A DNA stretch of 64,000 nt from Nemertoderma westbladi (GCA_032718475.1 JAUCBJ010002846.1:17415-81414), one strand, 5' to 3'. Positions 13,700 to 26,724 are shown, counted from the stretch's first letter. Notes: generated by a model from the letters alone, not told the origin. Numbers and translations: made by a program.

Positions 13700-16695
13700 G
13701 AGAGAAAGCCGCCCCAATATTAGATTATAACAACAACATTTCCATTGGGTAAGAAAGTGGAGAAGAGCCAGGCCCGACTCTCAATTTTTTAGTTTATATT
13801 ACGCGATCAATTTTCACTCATCTCGTCATGAACACAACATGTATGTAAACTTTTGATAAATTTGTTGGCTATGCGTTTGCGGCTGTTTGGGCGGGGTGTG
13901 GTAGGCCTACACTTTTCACACTGAAACATTTTGGTTGTGAAATGTTCAGGGCACAGCGATCAGAGATATTTCATATATATTTTATTATGAGAGGAAGAAG
14001 AACATACAACGTTATTTACTATATTATATGTAACGAAATAATTGTTTTTGGGTTTGGAAGCCTCCCCAAAGAGTTGATATACGATTATATTTAAAATTAT
14101 GGTCATTCACCCGTCTTTAATTAGAAATTTGTTTGCATGAAAGACAGTTTAGTTTGGTTTTTACTGATTATTATCTCTTATCTGACTGGGGTAATAATAA
14201 AGGATAGGATAAATGGAAGCAAAGTGTGACAGTAACAATTATTTCCCTGACAACCGAGCATGTCTTAAGTATACGATATCTAAAAGGGGGAAGTTTGGAT
14301 TCACTGCATAAATGCAGTTCACCAAACTTCCCCCGAATGCGCACTGTAACTTCCCCCTTCCCCCAAATATCCACTGTTGAATTAATTTGAAGCGATATAA
14401 TAAGTACAAAATTGTGCGAGTTTTTAATTGTGTGGTCCATTTGTTATTTGATCTCTATTTATTGTTTAAAGTGCATTTAATATCACACTGGTTTTTTAGA
14501 ATATTACAACCTTATGTTTTATTTATTAACCCAATCGAAGCCTTAATAAGGGCCGCTTATTTGTACGCATATCCCTAATGCGCTCAGTATGAGCCAAACA
14601 ACAAATTAATATGAAAATAAAGTATCTGCAAAGAAAAGAACCCAATGCTATATAATTTGACCTTATTAAAAAATTTGCACTTTTGCACACTTATTTGTAC
14701 AAGTGCACTTCAGCAGATCGTAATGGTGGTTCTTATTTAACAAACTTATGTTTATCCTCTACCGATCTACGATGGTGTATGATCAAGTGTCAGTCACTAA
14801 AAGGGTAAAAAATCTAATTTAATAAATCGCGACATTTGCGATTTTGGACCATATTCATGGGCATTTTAAGTCACTTTATATACATAAAAAGTTAAACAAA
14901 TGTTACGATTATAGTTAGAAATCACTCCAAACTACATTTTAATCCAAAAAATAACATTCTACGATGAATGGAACTGGAAATAATAGTGTTTGAAATATCG
15001 AAAAAATGTGTACTTTTTAAGTGCATTATGCACTAAGTGCACATGCGTCTTTTCCCAAGTTGTATCCTATTTCACACACTACAATCTATCCTCTATCCAA
15101 TGAAAAAAGTTTCAGATCAAACGGCCTAGTAGAACAGAAGTTATTGATGTTTAAAAATAATCACTCGAAAATTTCAAATTCTCTTGGTCACGTAGTCTAG
15201 TGGTAATCAATCACGTTAACGATACTTAAGTTCGTGGGTTCGAAACCTAATATGACCATTCTTAATTTTTTGCAAAAAAAAATATTTTTAATTTTTGACT
15301 AAATTTCGGTTCTGGTGCTCCAAATTCAATAAAATTGGTATATTCTTTGCCGTAATTTTTTTTCTATCTTTTGAGAGGGGGTATTTTTGGCCCCAAAAAA
15401 AATTAAAAAAAAGGGCCAAAATTACGCGATATTTTTCGACCCTTAAAACTCGTTATTTTAATTATAAATGTTAAGAAAAAAGATAGTGGAGTTAATTTGC
15501 TACATTTTACAGGAACTTTTGGCGCAAAAAGTTAAATTATAATGTAATGGCGATTTATTAAAAAAAAATTTTTAAATTTTTTCGTCCCTTTTTTATAAGT
15601 AGTATATTTCTACGATCGTCTGCCGCTTCAGTTATATAATAGCTATGGCGCTGTAACTACCGTTGAAAGATAGATAATTTGACGCTCTATAAGACTGTTT
15701 AAATAAGTCTCCCAGACCTTATGTATTTTTCGAGCTAGACGAGTTCCCGCGAAGCGAGTTTGAAGCGTGAAATTATAATTTGAGCCCTAATTTTTTTAAT
15801 ATCGTTTGCGCGGCAAAACCAATCGAATATTTGGATTCCCCGTATCGATATTAACCGTATAAAATGTACTTTAACCTTCAAGAGTCAAAAATAAAAAAGT
15901 TGTTAGTTATAAACTTTTTATTATTTTCTGGCCCTTTTTGGACCCCTTTGCCTACATATTTTTTGTACCCCCATTCGATAGGAATGTAGCCCCTGTGGTC
16001 TTCTACGCTTTCCGAAAAAGAATTGGCAGATTCCTACTAGCGTTGTCAAATTAAAAATTTTGGAAATAATAATTATGTAAAAAAGATGGAAAAAACGGAC
16101 AAAGTTACGGCCCCTTTTTCCACACGAAATATTAATAAATATCTTACCCCCATTCGATACGAAGGTAGTACCACTCTTCCCCTTTCCAACCGCGTTAATT
16201 TCGTCCCCGTACGATTAATATTAGCCGAGTCAGAGCGGATCCCGCAAAGCCATTTTGTCCGTTTTTTCAACTTTGACGGACAATTTCGGGAAAAAGGCGT
16301 GGTAATCTTTTTTGAAAATAAAAACGAATTCACTAATTAATCCCTTCTATCGTATCCCGGCGTCGGTTAAGCAATAACCTAGGGTTTTTTCGAGCCACTG
16401 TAGAGCGCCTTTCAAAAAATTTTTAAGATTGTCAAAAAAATGACGGTTTTTTGTCCGCCGTGTCCGTCGAAGGGTTATATTTAATAATGTTAGAGTTGCT
16501 AATATCTTAGAATTCCGAGTCGCTCCCCTGGTGCGAAAATAAAAAAAATTGGTCTGTTCCTTCATCGAAAAGTCCCCCAGAATCCCAAGTTAACCTATAT
16601 AGTTAGCGATGGCCTGCGGCTTTAGGAGCGGCCGCGGTATTCACCTCCCTCATAGCGGCCGCGGCGGTGTTGCGTCAAATGGAGAAATATTTATC
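13700..16695. mobile_element. 2996-bp non-coding insertion with 5-bp TSD (CCACC), GA...TC ends, no evident TIR
   Basis: Copy 2 reads ggggCCACCaagaaatc; copy 1 reads ggggCCACC[gagagaaagcc...gaaatatttatc]CCACCaagaaatc. Confidence 0.9.
15186..15258 (+). pseudogene. tRNA-like 73-nt segment (Pol III A/B boxes) inside the 3-kb insertion
   Basis: GGTCACG...TATGACC-A acceptor-like stem, A box TAGTCTAGTGG, B box GGTTCGAAAC; D and anticodon stems pair poorly. Confidence 0.55.
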
Positions 16696-16859
16696 CCACC
16701 AAGAAATCAAAGTAACAGGTAAAGGGCATGTGGTCAGTAATGCTTAAATCGTAATTAATTGTAACATTACTTAGCAATGGAGAGACACTGCCAGAGCATA
16801 CAATGTGGTCTAACCACGAACACGAATTGTGAGCAGCGCTATTGACCTCCTCTATTGAG

Positions 16860-19800
16860 TGTCAGACACTATTAACCAACCAGACCCCATCGGTGGTGTG
16901 TTTCCTTCCTGTCAGACACTATTAACCAACCAGACCCCATCGGTGGTGTGTTTCCTTCCTGTCAGACACTATTAACCAACCAGACCCCATCGGTGGTGTG
17001 TTTCCTTCCTGTCAGACACTATTAACCAACCAGACCCCATCGGTGCTGTGTTTCCTTCCTGTCAGACACTATTAACCAACCAGACCCCATCGGTGCTGTG
17101 TTTCCTTCCTGTCAGACACTATTAACCAACCAGACCCCATCGGTGGTGTGTTTCCTTCCTGTCAGACACTATTAACCAACTAGACACTATTAACCAACCA
17201 GACCCCATCGGTGGTGTGTTTCCTTCCCCTGTCAGACACTATTAACCAACTAGACACTATTAACCAACCAGACCCCATCGGTGGTGTGTTTCCTTCCTGT
17301 CAGACACTATTAACCAACCAGACCCCATCGGTGGTGTGTTTCCTTCCTGTCAGACACTATTAACCAACCAGACCCCATCGGTGCTGTGTTTCCTTCCTGT
17401 CAGACACTATTAACCAACCAGACCCCATCGGTGCTGTGTTTCCTTCCTGTCAGACACTATTAACCAACCAGACCCCATCGGTGCTGTGTTTCCTTCCTGT
17501 CAGACACTATTAACCAACCAGACCCCATCGGTGCTGTGTTTCCTTCCTGTCAGACACTATTAACCAACCAGACCCCATCGGTGCTGTGTTTCCTTCCTGT
17601 CAGACACTATTAACCAACCAGACCCCATCGGTGGTGTGTTTCCTTCCTGTCAGACACTATTAACCAACCAGACCCCATCGGTGGTGTGTTTCCTTCCTGT
17701 CAGACACTATTAACCAACCAGACCCCATCGGTGATGTGTTTCCTACCTGTCAGACACTATTAACCAACCAGACCCCATCGGTGCTGTCAGACACTATTAA
17801 CCAACCAGACCCCATCGGTGGTGTGTTTCCTTCCTGTCAGACACTATTAACCAACCAGACCCCATCGGTGGTGTGTTTCCTTCCTGTCAGACACTATTAA
17901 CCAACCAGACCCCATCGGTGGTGTGTTTCCTTCCTGTCAGACACTATTAACCAACCAGACACTATTAACCAACCAGACCCCATCGGTGGTGTGTTTTCTT
18001 CCTGTCAGACACTATTAACCAACCAGACCCCATCGGTGGTGTGTTTCCTTCCTGTCAGACACTATTAACCAACGAGACCCCATCGGTGGTGTGTTTCCTT
18101 CCTGTCAGACACTATTAACCAACTAGACCCCATTGGTGGTGTGTTTCCTTCCTGTCAGACACTATTAACCAACTAGACCCCATCGGTGGTGTGTTTCCTT
18201 CCTGTCATACACTATTAACCAACCAGACACTATTAACCAACCAGACCCCATCGGTGGTGTGTTTCCTTCCTGTCAGACACTATTAACCAACTAGACCCCA
18301 TCGGTGGTGTGTTTCCTTCCTGTCAGACACTATTAACCAACCAGACCCCATCGGTGGTGTGTTTCCTTCCTGTCAGACACTATTAACCAACCAGACCCCA
18401 TCGGTGGTGTGTTTCCTTCCTGTCAGACACTATTAACCAACCAGACCCCATCGGTGGTGTGTTTCCTTCCTGTCAGACACTATTAACCAACCAGACCCCA
18501 TCGGTGCTGTGTTTCCTTCCTGTCAGACACTATTAACCAACCAGACCCCATCGGTGGTGTGTTTCCTTCCTGTCAGACACTATTAACCAACCAGACCCCA
18601 TCGGTGGTGTGTTTCCTTCCTGTCAGACACTATTAACTAACCAGACCCCATCGGTGGTGTGTTTCCTTCCTGTCAGACACTATTAACCAACCAGACCCCA
18701 TCGGTGCTGTGTTTCCTTCCTGTCAGACACTATTAACCAACCAGACCCCATCGGTGCTGTGTTTCCTTCCTGTCAGACACTATTAACCAACCAGACCCCA
18801 TCGGTGGTGTGTTTCCTTCCTGTCAGACACTATTAACTAACCAGACCCCATCGGTGGTGTGTTTCCTTCCTGTCAGACACTATTAACCAACCAGACCCCA
18901 TCGGTGGTGTGTTTCCTTCCTGTCAGACACTATTAACCAACCAGACCCCATCGGTGGTGTGTTTCCTTCCTGTCAGACACTATTAACTAACCAGACCCCA
19001 TCGGTGGTGTGTTTCCTTCCTGTCAGACACTATTAACCAACCAGACCCCATCGGTGGTGTGTTTCCTTCCTGTCAGACACTATTAACCAACCAGACCCCA
19101 TCGGTGCTGTGTTTCCTTCCTGTCAGACACTATTAACCAACCAGACCCCATCGGTGCTGTGTTTCCTTCCTGTCAGACACTATTAACCAACCAGACCCCA
19201 TCGGTGGTGTGTTTCCTTCCTGTCAGACACTATTAACCAACCAGACCCCATTGGTGGTGTGTTTCCTTCCTGTCAGACACTATTAACCAACCAGACCCCA
19301 TCGGTGGTGTGTTTCCTTCATGTCAGACACTATTAACCAACCAGACACTATTAACCAACCAGACCCCATCGGTGGTGTGTTTCCTTCATGTCAGACACTA
19401 TTAACCAACCAGACACTATTAACCAACCAGACCCCATCGGTGGTGTGTTTCCTTCATGTCAGACACTATTAACCAACCAGACACTATTAACCAACCAGAC
19501 CCCATCGGTGGTGTGTTTCCTTCATGTCAGACACTATTAACCAACCAGACACTATTAACCAACCAGACCCCATCGGTGGTGTGTTTCCTTCCTGTCAGAC
19601 ACTATTAACCAACCAGACCCCATCAGTGGTGTGTTTCCTTCCTGTCAGACACTATTAACCAACCAGACATTATTAACCAACCAGACCCCATCGGTGCTGT
19701 GTTTCCTTCCTGTCAGACACTATTAACCAACCAGACCCCATCGGTGCTGTGTTTCCTTCCTGTCAGACACTATTAACCAACCAGACCCCATCGGTGGTGT

Positions 19801-20732
19801 GTTTCCTTCCTGTCAGACACTATTAACTAACCAGACCCCATCGGTGGTGTGTTTCCTTCCTGTCAGACACTATTAACCAACCAGACCCCATCGGTGGTGT
19901 GTTTCCTTCCTGTCAGACACTATTAACCAACCAGACCCCATCGGTGCTGTGTTTCCTTCCTGTCAGACACTATTAACCAACCAGACCCCATCGGTGCTGT
20001 GTTTCCTTCCTGTCAGACACTATTAACCAACCAGACCCCATCGGTGGTGTGTTTCCTTCCTGTCAGACACTATTAACCAACCAGACCCCATTGGTGGTGT
20101 GTTTCCTTCCTGTCAGACACTATTAACCAACCAGACCCCATCGGTGGTGTGTTTCCTTCATGTCAGACACTATTAACCAACCAGACACTATTAACCAACC
20201 AGACCCCATCGGTGGTGTGTTTCCTTCATGTCAGACACTATTAACCAACCAGACACTATTAACCAACCAGACCCCATCGGTGGTGTGTTTCCTTCATGTC
20301 AGACACTATTAACCAACCAGACACTATTAACCAACCAGACCCCATCGGTGGTGTGTTTCCTTCATGTCAGACACTATTAACCAACCAGACACTATTAACC
20401 AACCAGACCCCATCGGTGGTGTGTTTCCTTCCTGTCAGACACTATTAACCAACCAGACCCCATCAGTGGTGTGTTTCCTTCCTGTCAGACACTATTAACC
20501 AACCAGACATTATTAACCAACCAGACCCCATCGGTGCTGTGTTTCCTTCCTGTCAGACACTATTAACCAACCAGACCCCATCGGTGCTGTGTTTCCTTCC
20601 TGTCAGACACTATTAACCAACTAGACCCCATTGGTGGTGTGTTTCCTTCCTGTCAGACACTATTAACTAACCAGACACTATTAACCAACCAGACCCCATC
20701 GGTGGTGTGTTTCCTTCCTGTCAGACACTATT
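16860..20732 (+). repeat. Satellite A block 2
   Basis: Same 50-bp monomer; internal 840-bp duplication (variant catcagtggt at 19621 and 20461). Confidence 0.98.
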
Positions 20733-23214
20733 TATTTATTTATTTATGCCAGGCAAAGAACACCCATATCACATTGATTTAAACAACAGACATAATGATT
20801 AACAAATTATAATAATATAGCTAGGTATGGTGGGGTGGGGCCCCGAGCAGGGAAGCACAAACTGCAATGAATAAAGAAAATCAATACAAAACAAAACAAA
20901 ATAAACAAAATAACAAAACAAAACAAAATAAACGATTTGGACCTCCTAATGGCTGTCCAAGGAACACCGACCAATCAGACGGCTTGTCTGGAACGTCACC
21001 ATGGCCACACTCTGCACAATACTATTCTGAGACGAGTTCACGCGATGCAACAGTGATACCCGCGCATTGTGAAGGACATGAATGAGTTTCGGCAGATTTA
21101 ATGCACCACACATGTATGATACACTAGAGTCATACCGAAATCCAAACAATTTTCTAATTATATTGTTGTAGGCCACCCTAAACTTGTTGTACGTTGCAAT
21201 GGAGTAATTACTTCGAGCCCACAACGAGCTGCAATAAACTTGCGTACAAAATGAGCGAAAAAGTTTCACTTTAACGTCCCGAGAACTGTAGCTGAATTTA
21301 CGAATGAGGAAATTACCCCTACGATATAAACTCGATAGCTGATTTAGAATGTCATAATTGTCATCGGTGGTAGAGTGAAATATATGACCTAAGTACTTAA
21401 ATTTTGTAACTGTCTCAATAGCCTTACCATTTATCGATATATATTTAACTAAATCGTTGTTACTAGATTTCGGTATGTATCGCATAAACTTAGATTTCTT
21501 CATATTAATCACAATAGAGTGCCTGTCGGCATAACTCGTGAAAGTGTCAATCAACTTATTTAAACCAGCTATCGAGTTTGATGCTAAAGATAAGTCATCA
21601 GCATACAAAAGATGATTTGATCTCTTATTATTTAATTTACAACCTACGTTTGTATTAGTTAACTCTACACTTAAGTCGTCCATATATATAGCATAGAAGT
21701 AGGCCGATAAAATACCCCCTTGTTTCGTGCCGTTAGTGACTGCAAACGAGTTAGATATACAACCCCCCCATCGTATACTAAGAACTTGAAACCGGTACCA
21801 ATATCGAACTATCCTAATGTAAAACAGAGGAATGTTACGTTTAATTAATTTATCAAATAACTTGTAATGGTTAACCAGATCGAAAGCCTTTGAGGAATCT
21901 ATGAAACATATGTACACCGCACTGTCATTTTCTAAATAGTATTGTATGGTTTCTTTTAAAGCGAAAACGCATAATTCAGTACCTAAATTACTTTTAAATC
22001 CAAACTGAGAGTCTGTAGTATTCAGTTTAGAACTGAAACGTTCAAGCATAACTAGCTCCAAAACTTTGCTACTTATAGTTGCAAGGGCTATGCCTCTATA
22101 ATTATCAAAATGTGTGATATCATCATTTTTGTCCTTCACGATGGGCAAAATATTGCATAGCATGAACTCGTCATTCATATGACCATGAACATTGAAAGTA
22201 CTGTACAGAGCCGCCAGGCGGCGGAACAGACGCGCGGTGCCATGGATATAGTGTTCGCTGGACAGACCATCAGGTCCAATTTTTCCGGGAGACAACCTAC
22301 CTACAGCAACAGCTACCTCAACATCAGAAACCAACATATCATTGCTAAACTCAATATTACTGAAAATAGATTCAATGTCGTGCTTGCCGGAGTCATCATT
22401 TACTTTATTGTATAAGTTTTTGAATCTTTCCTTAAAGGCGTCACATATATATTTTTCGCCCACAGCATCGCCAACTTTACTGGACAGCGGTACGTGTGCA
22501 CTGCAGTGCTTTTTAACATTAGCCCAAAAGTCATTTTGATTACTCGAATATAATGACTCCGCAAGTTTATCAGCGCGTATACCATTAGCATTGCGCTTAC
22601 ACTGTTTAAGTGCGCGTTTAAATTCTAACTTGGACTGATAATAATCAAAAAGAATAGGACCTGCTCGGGGACACCCGTTAGTACGCCAAATTCTAAAAAA
22701 TAATCTTGACCTATCATACAATGATTTAACATAATCATTCCATCCCGGGACAGCATTAAACCTTCTGGAGTTCACTGAACCTTTCTTTTTCGGAATAGTG
22801 CGCTCAGAGGCTAGATGCAATGCACCAACAATATCACAGTATAAATTGTTTATTGCACTTAAGTGATCAGGATTAGTACATTGAGCATCTGCACAGTTAG
22901 ATACAGTATCAGGGACTACAATTGTATTTAAGAGACTGTTCAAGACTGATTGATATTCATTGATATTAGTTGCATTGGCTTTATTCCAATCGCATTTGTT
23001 ACCTGCACACGTTCTATTACTAGTATTACTATGAATATTAGGTTCAGGGGCCACCAAGAAATCAAAGTAACAGGTAAAGGGCATGTGGTCAGTAATGCTT
23101 AAATCGTAATTAATTGTAACATTACTTAGCAATGGAGAGACACTGCCAGAGCATACAATGTGGTCTAACCACGAACACGAATTGTGAGCAGCGCTATTGA
23201 CCTCCTCTATTGAG
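20733..23214 (-). mobile_element. 5'-truncated LINE copy 2 (uninterrupted)
   Basis: (TAAA)n tail; TSD tgtcagacactatt at 20719-20732 and 23215-23228; same truncation point as copy 1. Confidence 0.95.
20946..23213 (-). CDS. LINE ORF2, 5'-truncated: end of APE endonuclease plus RT
   Basis: The frame is open upstream of the tracked 728-aa ORF to the element end (..HNSCSWLDHIVCS..ITDHMP, APE C-terminal motifs), followed by RT motifs including YADD. Confidence 0.93.
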   Translation of the reverse strand, partial: SIEEVNSAAHNSCSWLDHIVCSGSVSPLLSNVTINYDLSITDHMPFTCYFDFLVAPEPNIHSNTSNRTCAGNKCDWNKANATNINEYQSVLNSLLNTIVVPDTVSNCADAQCTNPDHLSAINNLYCDIVGALHLASERTIPKKKGSVNSRRFNAVPGWNDYVKSLYDRSRLFFRIWRTNGCPRAGPILFDYYQSKLEFKRALKQCKRNANGIRADKLAESLYSSNQNDFWANVKKHCSAHVPLSSKVGDAVGEKYICDAFKERFKNLYNKVNDDSGKHDIESIFSNIEFSNDMLVSDVEVAVAVGRLSPGKIGPDGLSSEHYIHGTARLFRRLAALYSTFNVHGHMNDEFMLCNILPIVKDKNDDITHFDNYRGIALATISSKVLELVMLERFSSKLNTTDSQFGFKSNLGTELCVFALKETIQYYLENDSAVYICFIDSSKAFDLVNHYKLFDKLIKRNIPLFYIRIVRYWYRFQVLSIRWGGCISNSFAVTNGTKQGGILSAYFYAIYMDDLSVELTNTNVGCKLNNKRSNHLLYADDLSLASNSIAGLNKLIDTFTSYADRHSIVINMKKSKFMRYIPKSSNNDLVKYISINGKAIETVTKFKYLGHIFHSTTDDNYDILNQLSSLYRRGNFLIRKFSYSSRDVKVKLFRSFCTQVYCSSLWARSNYSIATYNKFRVAYNNIIRKLFGFRYDSSVSYMCGALNLPKLIHVLHNARVSLLHRVNSSQNSIVQSVAMVTFQTSRLIGRCSLDSH

Positions 23215-25728
23215 TGTCAGACACTATTAACCAACCAGACCCCATCGGTGGTGTGTTTCCTTCCTGTCAGACACTATTAACCAACCAGACCCCATCGGTG
23301 GTGTGTTTCCTTCCTGTCAGACACTATTAACCAACCAGACCCCATCGGTGGTGTGTTTCCTTCCTGTCAGACACTATTAACCAACCAGACCCCATCGGTG
23401 CTGTGTTTCCTTCCTGTCAGACACTATTAACCAACCAGACCCCATCGGTGCTGTGTTTCCTTCCTGTCAGACACTATTAACCAACCAGACCCCATCGGTG
23501 GTGTGTTTCCTTCCTGTCAGACACTATTAACCAACTAGACACTATTAACCAACCAGACCCCATCGGTGGTGTGTTTCCTTCCCCTGTCAGACACTATTAA
23601 CCAACTAGACACTATTAACCAACCAGACCCCATCGGTGGTGTGTTTCCTTCCTGTCAGACACTATTAACCAACCAGACCCCATCGGTGGTGTGTTTCCTT
23701 CCTGTCAGACACTATTAACCAACCAGACCCCATCGGTGCTGTGTTTCCTTCCTGTCAGACAATATTAACCAACCAGACCCCATCGGTGCTGTGTTTCCTT
23801 CCTGTCAGACACTATTAACCAACCAGACCCTATCGGTGCTGTGTTTCCTTCCTGTCAGACACTATTAACCAACCAGACCCCATCGGTGCTGTGTTTCCTT
23901 CCTGTCAGACACTATTAACCAACCAGACCCCATCGGTGCTGTGTTTCCTTCCTGTCAGACACTATTAACCAACCAGACCCCATCGGTGGTGTGTTTCCTT
24001 CCTGTCAGACACTATTAACCAACCAGACCCCATCGGTGGTGTGTTTCCTTCCTGTCAGACACTATTAACCAACCAGACCCCATCGGTGATGTGTTTCCTA
24101 CCTGTCAGACACTATTAACCAACCAGACCCCATCGGTGCTGTCAGACACTATTAACCAACCAGACCCCATCGGTGGTGTGTTTCCTTCCTGTCAGACACT
24201 ATTAACCAACCAGACCCCATCGGTGGTGTGTTTCCTTCCTGTCAGACACTATTAACCAACCAGACCCCATCGGTGGTGTGTTTCCTTCCTGTCAGACACT
24301 ATTAACCAACCAGACACTATTAACCAACCAGACCCCATCGGTGGTGTGTTTTCTTCCTGTCAGACACTATTAACCAACCAGACCCCATCGGTGGTGTGTT
24401 TCCTTCCTGTCAGACACTATTAACCAACCAGACCCCATCGGTGGTGTGTTTCCTTCCTGTCAGACACTATTAACCAACTAGACCCCATTGGTGGTGTGTT
24501 TCCTTCCTGTCAGACACTATTAACCAACTAGACCCCATCGGTGGTGTGTTTCCTTCCTGTCATACACTATTAACCAACCAGACACTATTAACCAACCAGA
24601 CCCCATCGGTGGTGTGTTTCCTTCCTGTCAGACACTATTAACCAACTAGACCCCATCGGTGGTGTGTTTCCTTCCTGTCAGACACTATTAACCAACCAGA
24701 CCCCATCGGTGGTGTGTTTCCTTCCTGTCAGACACTATTAACCAACCAGACCCCATCGGTGGTGTGTTTCCTTCCTGTCAGACACTATTAACCAACCAGA
24801 CCCCATCGGTGCTGTGTTTCCTTCCTGTCAGACACGATTAACCAACCAGACCCCATCGGTGGTGTGTTTCCTTCCTGTCAGACACTATTAACCAACCAGA
24901 CCCCATCGGTGGTGTGTTTCCTTCCTGTCAGACACTATTAACTAACCAGACCCCATCGGTGGTGTGTTTCCTTCCTGTCAGACACTATTAACCAACCAGA
25001 CCCCATCGGTGGTGTGTTTCCTTCCTGTCAGACACTATTAACCAACCAGACCCCATCGGTGCTGTGTTTCCTTCCTGTCAGACACTATTAACCAACCAGA
25101 CCCCATCGGTGCTGTGTTTCCTTCCTGTCAGACACTATTAACCAACCAGACCCCATCGGTGGTGTGTTTCCTTCCTGTCAGACACTATTAACCAACCAGA
25201 CCCCATTGGTGGTGTGTTTCCTTCCTGTCAGACACTATTAACCAACCAGACCCCATCGGTGGTGTGTTTCCTTCATGTCAGACACTATTAACCAACCAGA
25301 CACTATTAACCAACCAGACCCCATCGGTGGTGTGTTTCCTTCATGTCAGACACTATTAACCAACCAGACACTATTAACCAACCAGACCCCATCGGTGGTG
25401 TGTTTCCTTCATGTCAGACACTATTAACCAACCAGACACTATTAACCAACCAGACCCCATCGGTGGTGTGTTTCCTTCCTGTCAGACACTATTAACCAAC
25501 CAGACCCCATCAGTGGTGTGTTTCCTTCCTGTCAGACACTATTAACCAACCAGACATTATTAACCAACCAGACCCCATCGGTGCTGTGTTTCCTTCCTGT
25601 CAGACACTATTAACCAACCAGACCCCATCGGTGCTGTGTTTCCTTCCTGTCAGACACTATTAACCAACCAGACCCCATCGGTGGTGTGTTTCCTTCCTGT
25701 CAGACACTATTAACCAACTAGACCCCAT
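23215..25728 (+). repeat. Satellite A block 3
   Basis: Same monomer; shares rare variants in order with block 2 (ccttcccct; gtgatgtgtttcctacc; tgtcatac). Confidence 0.98.
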
Positions 25729-26201
25729 ACAGGTAATTTTGCGCGGGAGGTTTGAACTTTGAAGGCGATTTTCTCTGGATGACAATTTTTCGCACGAAAA
25801 ATACTTGAAAAATATCTGCCATCTCTTAACCGTCTTTTGCAATTTTTGCTTTATGGTTGTTTTCAAAAGCTTCGATAAATTTCTTAATAAACTTTTCTTA
25901 ATTAATAATATTTGGCCCCATTTTTTGAATGGAAAATTACAAAAAAACAAAAAATCATGGTGTTTTTCAGTATTTAAAAAATTTTGAATTTTTTTTACAA
26001 TATTGAATTGCACTTTGTCTTTTTCCTTTTGAATAATATCTGTTGTGACTTACGGCCTTTTTTACATCGATTATTTCGTGAACTGGAGTTGGTACGGTGT
26101 TCACGTTTATACCATTAGATAAAGCGCATTTTTTAGACCCAGAAAAAATGTAAAAGTCAATTTTTGAAAAATGCGACTTACGGTCTTTTCACATTACACT
26201 G

Positions 26202-26424
26202 CAGAATAGTCGTTATCCCTATTTGGAATTGGCTAGTCTCCGATCAGAATAGTCGTTATCCCTATTTGGAATTGGCTAGTCTCCGATCAGAATAGTCGTT
26301 ATCCCTATTTGGAATTGGCTAGTCTCCCATCAGAATAGTCGTTATCCCTATTTGGAACTGGCTAGTCTCCCATCAGAATAGTCGTTATCCCTATTTGGAA
26401 CTGGCTAGTCTTCCATCAGAATAG
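26202..26424 (+). repeat. 43-bp minisatellite, about 5 copies
   Basis: cagaatagtcgttatccctatttggaattggctagtctccgat repeated. Confidence 0.92.
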
Positions 26425-26724
26425 GTAGTGCATCGAATCAATGTGATTATCTCTTGATTTGGACAAGGCTAGGTTGTTCTTTCTAATTATCCATGCATAA
26501 ACCAGTAAACTAGGCTATATTTTACATATTGCAGTGAAATCGGTTCCGATTTTATAATAAGTTGACCCATGGAATACTGGAATACTTGGAATACTTGAAT
26601 GGAATGGAATACTTGACCCATGGTATATTTAGTATTCCATGGTTGACCACATCTTACTACACAGTCAGACAGTAGAGTAGGAACATAGTTACTTATCAGT
26701 AATCAATGTCAGCCTGTATATTAA

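Larger units (their letters stand above)
11380..16859 (-). mobile_element. 5'-truncated LINE copy 1 (possibly RTE-group/Proto2-like), interrupted by a 3-kb insertion
   Basis: (TAAA)n tail at ~11380-11394; TSD tgtcagacactatt at 11366-11379 and 16860-16873; RT ORF; 16696-16859 continues the sequence seen uninterrupted in copy 2. Confidence 0.93.

Noticed and set aside
14171-16565. Short ORFs in the 3-kb insert as a possible transposase
   Set aside because: All under 90 aa, AT-biased and without DDE or tyrosine-recombinase motifs.
11380-23214. Two independent site-specific LINE insertions
   Set aside because: Identical truncation point and identical flanking variants indicate duplication of a single insertion.
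3501-25728. CRISPR-like or spliced-leader array interpretation of satellite A (also considered for B-E)
   Set aside because: No unique spacers, no cas genes and no SL/Sm-site pattern seen; these are head-to-tail satellites.
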